64,000 nt of DNA from Eledone cirrhosa (taxonomy: Eukaryota), in NCBI GenBank assembly GCA_964016885.1, contig OZ024756.1, positions 21,700,001-21,764,000 of the forward strand, written 5' to 3'. The position numbers and the translations under genes are program-made. This document shows, piece after piece, positions 58,281 through 64,000 of this stretch (positions are counted from its first letter, which is position 1; every line of letters starts with the position of its first letter). Under the pieces are notes generated by a model. It saw only the letters and a list, made by a program, of their open reading frames with translations. It searched no databases and had not been told where the DNA came from.

Positions 58281-58979
58281 AATTGTTTCTACATTTTGGC
58301 ACAAGGCCAGCAATTACCCAGTACATTACTGGTACTTTATTTTATCGACCCCCGTAAGGATGAAAGGCAAAGTCAACCTTGGCAGGATTTGAACTCAGAT
58401 CGTAAAGAGACGTAACTATACTGGAAAGCATGGCGTCCGACCCTCTACCGATAATTGTTTCTACTTCTGGCACAAGGCCAGCAATTATCCTAGTACATTA
58501 CTGGTACTTTATTTTATCGACCCCGTAAGGATGAAAGGCAAAGTCAACCTTGGCAGGATTTGAACTCAGATCGTAAAGAGACGTAACTATACTGGAAAGC
58601 ATGGCGTCCGACCCTCTACCGATAATTGTTTCTACTTCTGGCACAAGGCCAGCAATTATCCTAGTACATTACTGGTACTTTATTTTATCGACCCCCGTAA
58701 GGATGAAAGGCAAAGTCAACCTTGGCAGGATTTGAACTCAGATCGTAAAGAGACGTAACTATACTGGAAAGCATGGCGTCCGACCCTCTACCGATAATTG
58801 TTTCTACTTTTTGGCACAAGGCCAGCAATTCACCAGTACATTACTGGTACTTTATTTTATCGACCCCCGTAAGGATGAAAGGCAAAGTCAACCTTGGCGG
58901 GATTTGAACTCAGATCGTAAAGGGACGTAACTATGTTGGACAGCATGGCGTCCGACCCTCTACTGATACTGCCAATCCA
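58279..58979 (-). mobile_element. Head-to-tail tetramer of SINE family 1 (~172-bp period)
   Basis: aattgtttctac at 58281, 58453, 58624 and 58796; near-identical units. Confidence 0.93.
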
Positions 58980-59297
58980 AATGATGGCAATGATAATGGC
59001 AATGATAAAATACAATGACAATGATGATGATAGCAATGATAATGGCAATGATAAAATACAATGACAATGATGATGATGATGCTGATGATGATGTCGAACA
59101 TGACGATGTTTGACACCTCATGCGCGCCAAGCATGTGGGAGTTGTTGAAAGTCTGAAGCCATCATGTCAGATTGTGGTGTAGGCTAGCTGTTAACTAACT
59201 AGCGTAAATCAAGTATTTGAATGGAGAACTGACTTGTTCAATTTATCTGTGAACACGACATTTACCAGATTGGCTTTCACGTTCCACGCATTACTCT

Positions 59298-59361
59298 TGC
59301 TGTTGTTGTTGTTGTTGATGTTGTTGTTGCTGTTGCTGTTGGTGTTGTGGTGGTGGTGGTG

Positions 59362-59393
<32 letters not shown>

Positions 59394-59532
59394 GTTGTTG
59401 TTGTTGTTGTTGTTGTTCTTGTTGTGATGGTTGGTGGAAGCAATGGCGTTGTTGCTGTTGCTGGTGTTGGTGTTGATGTTGGTGGTGTTGTTGTTGTTGT
59501 TGTTGGTGGTGGTGTTGGTGTTGGTGTGGTGG

Positions 59533-59563
<31 letters not shown>

Positions 59564-60102
59564 CTTGTTGTGATGGTTGGTGGAAGCAATGGCGTTGTTG
59601 CTGTTGCTGTTGCTGGTGTTGGTGTTGATGTTGGTGGTGGTGTTGTTGTTGTTGTTGTTGTTGGTGGTGTTGGTGTTGGTGTGGTGGTGGTGGTGTTGTT
59701 GTTGTTGTTGTTGTTGTTCTTGTTGTGATGGTTGGTGGAAGCAATGGCGTTGTTGCTGTTGCTGTTGCTGGTGTTGGTGTTGATGTTGGTGGTGGTGGTG
59801 TTGTTGTTGTTGTTGGTGGTGGTGTTGGTGTTGGTGTGGTGGTGGTGTTGTTGTTGTTGTTGTTGTTGTTGTTCTTGTTGTGATGGTTGGTGGAAGCAAT
59901 GGCGTTGTTGCTGTTGCTGTTGCTGGTGTTGGTGTTGATGTTGGTGGTGGTGGTGTTGTTGTTGGTGGTGGTGTTGGTGTTGGTGTGGTGGTGGTGGTGT
60001 TGTTGTTGTTGTTGTTGTTCTTGTTGTGATGGTTGGTGGAAGCAATGGCGTTGTTGCTGTTGCTGTTGCTGGTGTTGGTGTTGATGTTGGTGGTGGTGGT
60101 GG

Positions 60103-60138
<36 letters not shown>

Positions 60139-60350
60139 GATGGTTGGTGGAGGCAATGGCATTCTTGTTGTTGTTGTTGTTGTTGTTGTTGTGGGTGGTA
60201 GTGGTGATGGTAGTGTCGGTGAAGTTGTAGGTTTTGGTCTTGGTTTTGGTGCTGGTAGTTGTGTTAATATAGGTTGTGATGGTAGTGTAGGTGATAGTGG
60301 TGGTGGTGATGGCGACGGTAGTGGTGGTGGTGGTAGTAGTGTTGGATGTT
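59298..60350. repeat. (TTG/TGG)n region with ~146-155-bp higher-order units
   Basis: The anchor ttgttgtgatggttggtggaRgcaatggc recurs six times. Confidence 0.9.
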
Positions 60351-60435
60351 GTTAAAATCTAATCAATTTTCAACACAGATTTAGTGATTTGTAATTCCAG
60401 AGAGATATTTTAAACAGAGAAACAGGAAAGGATAT

Positions 60436-60490
<55 letters not shown>

Positions 60491-60556
60491 CACATATATT
60501 TCTTCTCTCTATCTTCATACATAAATTCCCTTCGTTAATTTTCAAATTCCTTTAAT

Positions 60557-60942
60557 TTATACATTATCTTCCAACGGTTTCTCAACCTCTCTGTGTAAGA
60601 CAATGTATCTTTCTCTCAGTTATAAAAACTATCTCTTTCTCTCTATCGCCCATCTCTCCCTCTCCACCTTCACTCTCATCTCCTCCCCCTTTTTTTCATC
60701 CTTTCCAGCCCCCCTCCTTAAATAAAATAGTTTTTCCTCGCACATATCCTCCTTTCGTTGATTTTCAAAAATTTTTTGGGGGGTTTATACATTATCTTCC
60801 AACGGTTTTCAACCTCTCTGTGTGGGACAGTATATCTCCTCTCAGTTATAAAAGCTATCTATTTCTCTCTATCACCCATCTCTCCCTCTCATCTCCTCCC
60901 CCTTTTTCATCCCCCCCCCCTCTCTAAATAAAATATTTTTCC
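60557..60942. repeat. Local diverged tandem duplication (~227-bp offset)
   Basis: tttatacattatcttccaacggttt...ctcagttataaaa...cccatctctccctctc at 60557 and 60784. Confidence 0.85.
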
Positions 60943-61207
60943 CAATATCACACATCAATCTAAAACCACTTTTCATATGTAGATTTAAAACTGCACTATC
61001 CACAAGTGTTTTTTTAGCCTTCATATCATGTTCTCCTGTTTTATCTGATGAAAACACAAATATTATTGCGTGATGATGTTTGTTTTTGAAATGCGCATAA
61101 TAAAATACATGGAACTCCTTTAACCATCTTTTGATCTTATATTATACATACACATATATATATATATACATACACATATATATATATACATACACATATA
61201 TACATAC

Positions 61208-61264
<57 letters not shown>

Positions 61265-61329
61265 CATACATACATATATATATATACATACATACATACA
61301 TATATATATATATATACACACATAGATAT

Positions 61330-61364
<35 letters not shown>

Positions 61365-61377
61365 CGTAACTAAAGTT

Positions 61378-61409
<32 letters not shown>

Positions 61410-61431
61410 TTATAAATACGAGTATATATAT

Positions 61432-61462
<31 letters not shown>

Positions 61463-61485
61463 CGTAACTAAAGTTACACACACAC

Positions 61486-61516
<31 letters not shown>

Positions 61517-61765
61517 CTTGTGTATGTGTTTGAAGGGGTAACGATAGTGTGTGTGGGGGAGATAAAGAGAAATACCGTGAATAATTTACGTTGACCTGGC
61601 TGGTAAGAAGGATAATAGAAAACCCTTGCAGCTTTAACACAGAGCTGGTGATTGGGGATTTCTAGAGTTCAGAGTATTGGAGGGTTAAGGAATCACAGAA
61701 CTACTGTTCAGCTATGTTATACACTTTGTAATAACTCCTATATATATATACTATATATACTAAAA

Positions 61766-61951
61766 CTGTTTCTACTTTTGGCACAAGGTCAGCAATTATG
61801 CCAGTGTATTACTGGTACTTTATTTTATCGATCCCGTAAAGATGTAAGGCAAATTTAACCTCGGCGGGATTTGAAATCAGACCATAAACGGACGTAACCC
61901 TTTGCTGCGAAGCATTAGATCCGCCACCTCTACCGATACTGCCAATCCACT
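61766..61951 (-). mobile_element. SINE family 1
   Basis: Reverse-complement copy. Confidence 0.85.
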
Positions 61952-61969
61952 GTATAACGGTCACTAATA

Positions 61970-62131
61970 ACAGAGGTCGCATGCTCTCCTACCCCGATGT
62001 CATCTCCAGAGACTCTGGTATTGAAATCCAGGAGTCGGCAACGGCAATGTACGACAGACCGACGTGGAGATGAATTGTTGAGTCTATTTCGGCTGAAACC
62101 ACCTGATGATGATGATGATGATGATGATGAT
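61970..62131 (+). mobile_element. RTE-clade LINE 3' end with (TGA)n tail
   Basis: RGRMLSYPDVISRDSGIEIQESATAMYDRPTWR*IVESISAETT*, then (tga)n; cf. A.DR..WR. Confidence 0.7.
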
Positions 62132-62291
62132 ATACTATATCTATGATGATAGAGGAATGGAAGATCAACGCCGCCGCAAATGATAAGATGTAAAACATTT
62201 CTTTCCCCACAATCTCGCTCTCTCTCACGCTATATATATATATATATATAGCGTGAGAGAGAGAGAGCGAGACTGTGGGAAAGAAGTGTTT

Positions 62292-62677
62292 TCAATATTG
62301 TTTAACACTTTAATATATATATACATATATATATTAAATACACTTTAATATATATATACACTGCCAAATCAACCTCACAAATGCAAGGTGATTGAAAGGT
62401 ATGTCGTATCTATTTATTTATAAGACTGTTTATATTGTATTTTGTCTGAAGATGGCATAACATATTGTTAATATGATATCCCTGAAATATATATAACGAA
62501 ATAAATATGGTTTTATAAATATAGTTTCCATTTATTTAATATCATAAATATACTCCAAATACTTGTTGAGTGCTTTTATATCAGTTATAAATATTTACTC
62601 GTTGTTAACCCAACAATTTAAATATAACTTTCCATGTATACATATATATATATATATTAAAGTGTTAAACAATATTC
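62292..62677 (+). mobile_element. Family H pLTR copy bracketed by an inverted terminal segment
   Basis: ~62410-62636 is homologous to the 21640-22087 arms; aatattgtttaacactttaatatatat (62295) is inverted at ~62650-62676. Confidence 0.75.
62439..62502 (+). ncRNA. Minimal type-I hammerhead ribozyme (family H; base of stem II partly decayed)
   Basis: attttgt CTGAAGA tggcataacatatt-gtt-aatatgatatccct GAAA tatataTA acgaaat. Confidence 0.7.
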
Positions 62678-62761
62678 AATGATTATGTCAAAGAATAAGT
62701 TTTGCAGTAGATTGGAAGCACTCAACACAGAAAATAATCTTAACCATTTAACATCTCAGAG

Positions 62762-62950
62762 TGCGGTGGATTGGCAGTATCAGTAGAGAGTCGGGCGCCA
62801 TGCTTTCCACCATAGTTACGTCCCTTTACGGTCTGAGTTCAAATCCCGCCGAGGTTAACTTTGCCTTTCATCCTCACGGGGTCGATAAAATAAAGAACCA
62901 GTAATGCACTGGGTAATTGCTGGCCTTGTGACAAAAGTAGAAACAATTAT
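62762..62950 (+). mobile_element. SINE family 1
   Basis: A/B boxes, core and tail. Confidence 0.9.
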
Positions 62951-63003
62951 ATTTTGTCTGATGAGGACGTACTGTTGTACATCCGAAATATGTATAATAA
63001 AAT
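62951..63003 (+). ncRNA. Minimal type-I hammerhead ribozyme
   Basis: attttgt CTGATGA ggacgtac-tgtt-gtacatcc GAAA tatgtaTA ataaaat; complete catalytic core; predicted cut after 62996. Confidence 0.8.
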
Positions 63004-63031
63004 GTAATTGATCAAAAGAACATCTATTTTA

Positions 63032-63112
<81 letters not shown>

Positions 63113-63227
63113 ACTAAGTTATATTTACAACATATTTTAATACTACTTATGTGTTAATATAGAGTCTAACATTCTATAACAAAATCTCCAACGGCTGGAA
63201 AAGTGCTCAGCCGATTTTGAATATATA

Positions 63228-63430
63228 CACACATACTCAAACACATACCCACTAACACTCATATATATAGACACATATACAGATATAGACACAAACACAA
63301 ACACATATAGACACAAACACACACACATATATAGATACAAACACACACACACATATATAAACACAAACACACACACACACATATATAGACATAAACACAC
63401 ACACACACACATATATATAGACATAAAGAT

Positions 63431-63480
<50 letters not shown>

Positions 63481-63489
63481 TCAAACACT

Positions 63490-63520
<31 letters not shown>

Positions 63521-63587
63521 TCATGTGAGTGTTTGAATATATATGTATATATATATATATATATATTTGTGTGTGTATGTTTATGTC

Positions 63588-63625
<38 letters not shown>

Positions 63626-64000
63626 TGCCTATTTGTGTGTGTATGTGTGTTTGTGTCTATATATATATATGTGTGTGTATGAGTTTGTGTCTATGTGTGT
63701 GTGTGTGCGTGCGTGTGTTTGTGTCTATTTGTGTGTGTATGTGTGTTTGTGTCTATGTGTGTGTGTGTATTTGTGTCTACATATGTGTGTGTGTGTGTTT
63801 GTGTTTATATATGTGTGTGTGTTTGTATCTATATATGTGTGTGTGTTTGTGTCTATATATATGTGTGTGTGTGATTGTGTGTTTGTGTTTATATATGTGT
63901 GTGTTTGTATCTATATATGTGTGTGTGTTTGTGTCTATATACGTGTGTGTGTGTTTGTGTCTATATGTGTATATGTGTCTATGTATGTCTCTGTGTGCGG
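63228..64000. repeat. (CA)/(TA) then (TG)/(TA) compound repeat with fold-back symmetry around ~63510
   Basis: atattcaaacactcaca-(TA)n-tgtgagtgtttgaatat; the CA-rich left arm is mirrored by the TG-rich right arm. Confidence 0.8.

Noticed and set aside
59209-60162. 317-aa T/Q/N/H-rich ORF on the minus strand
   Set aside because: Product of (CAA/CCA)n higher-order repeats; residue type changes with frame slippage between units, unlike the frame-stable exon at 25421

Overview
AT-rich, repeat-dense animal genomic DNA. It is probably a coleoid cephalopod (Octopus-like), inferred from kilobase (TA)n tracts and the dominant tRNA-derived SINE; I could not confirm this. Nearly all ORFs in the supplied track are microsatellite translation artefacts. 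The one credible host coding segment is a 1.19-kb Gln/His-rich first exon with a Ser-Pro-x array (25421-26612), ending at an AG|GTATGT donor; most downstream sequence is probably intronic. The rest comprises about 30 SINE copies or fragments, LINE fragments (L1/Tx1-, CR1-, RTE-, R4/Dong-, CRE- and Ingi-like), a dead mariner, MITEs, a probable LTR, minisatellites and a 200-N gap. The most notable signal is several families of short non-coding elements, mostly within or beside (TA)n tracts. They carry minimal type-I hammerhead ribozyme motifs, with compensatory stem-I changes and one U3-A8 core variant, and/or copy-specific fold-back palindromes. This fits non-autonomous Penelope-like pLTR or retrozyme-like elements. 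The same loci show footprints of template switching and 3' transduction. Motif and family calls were made by eye and are not database-verified.
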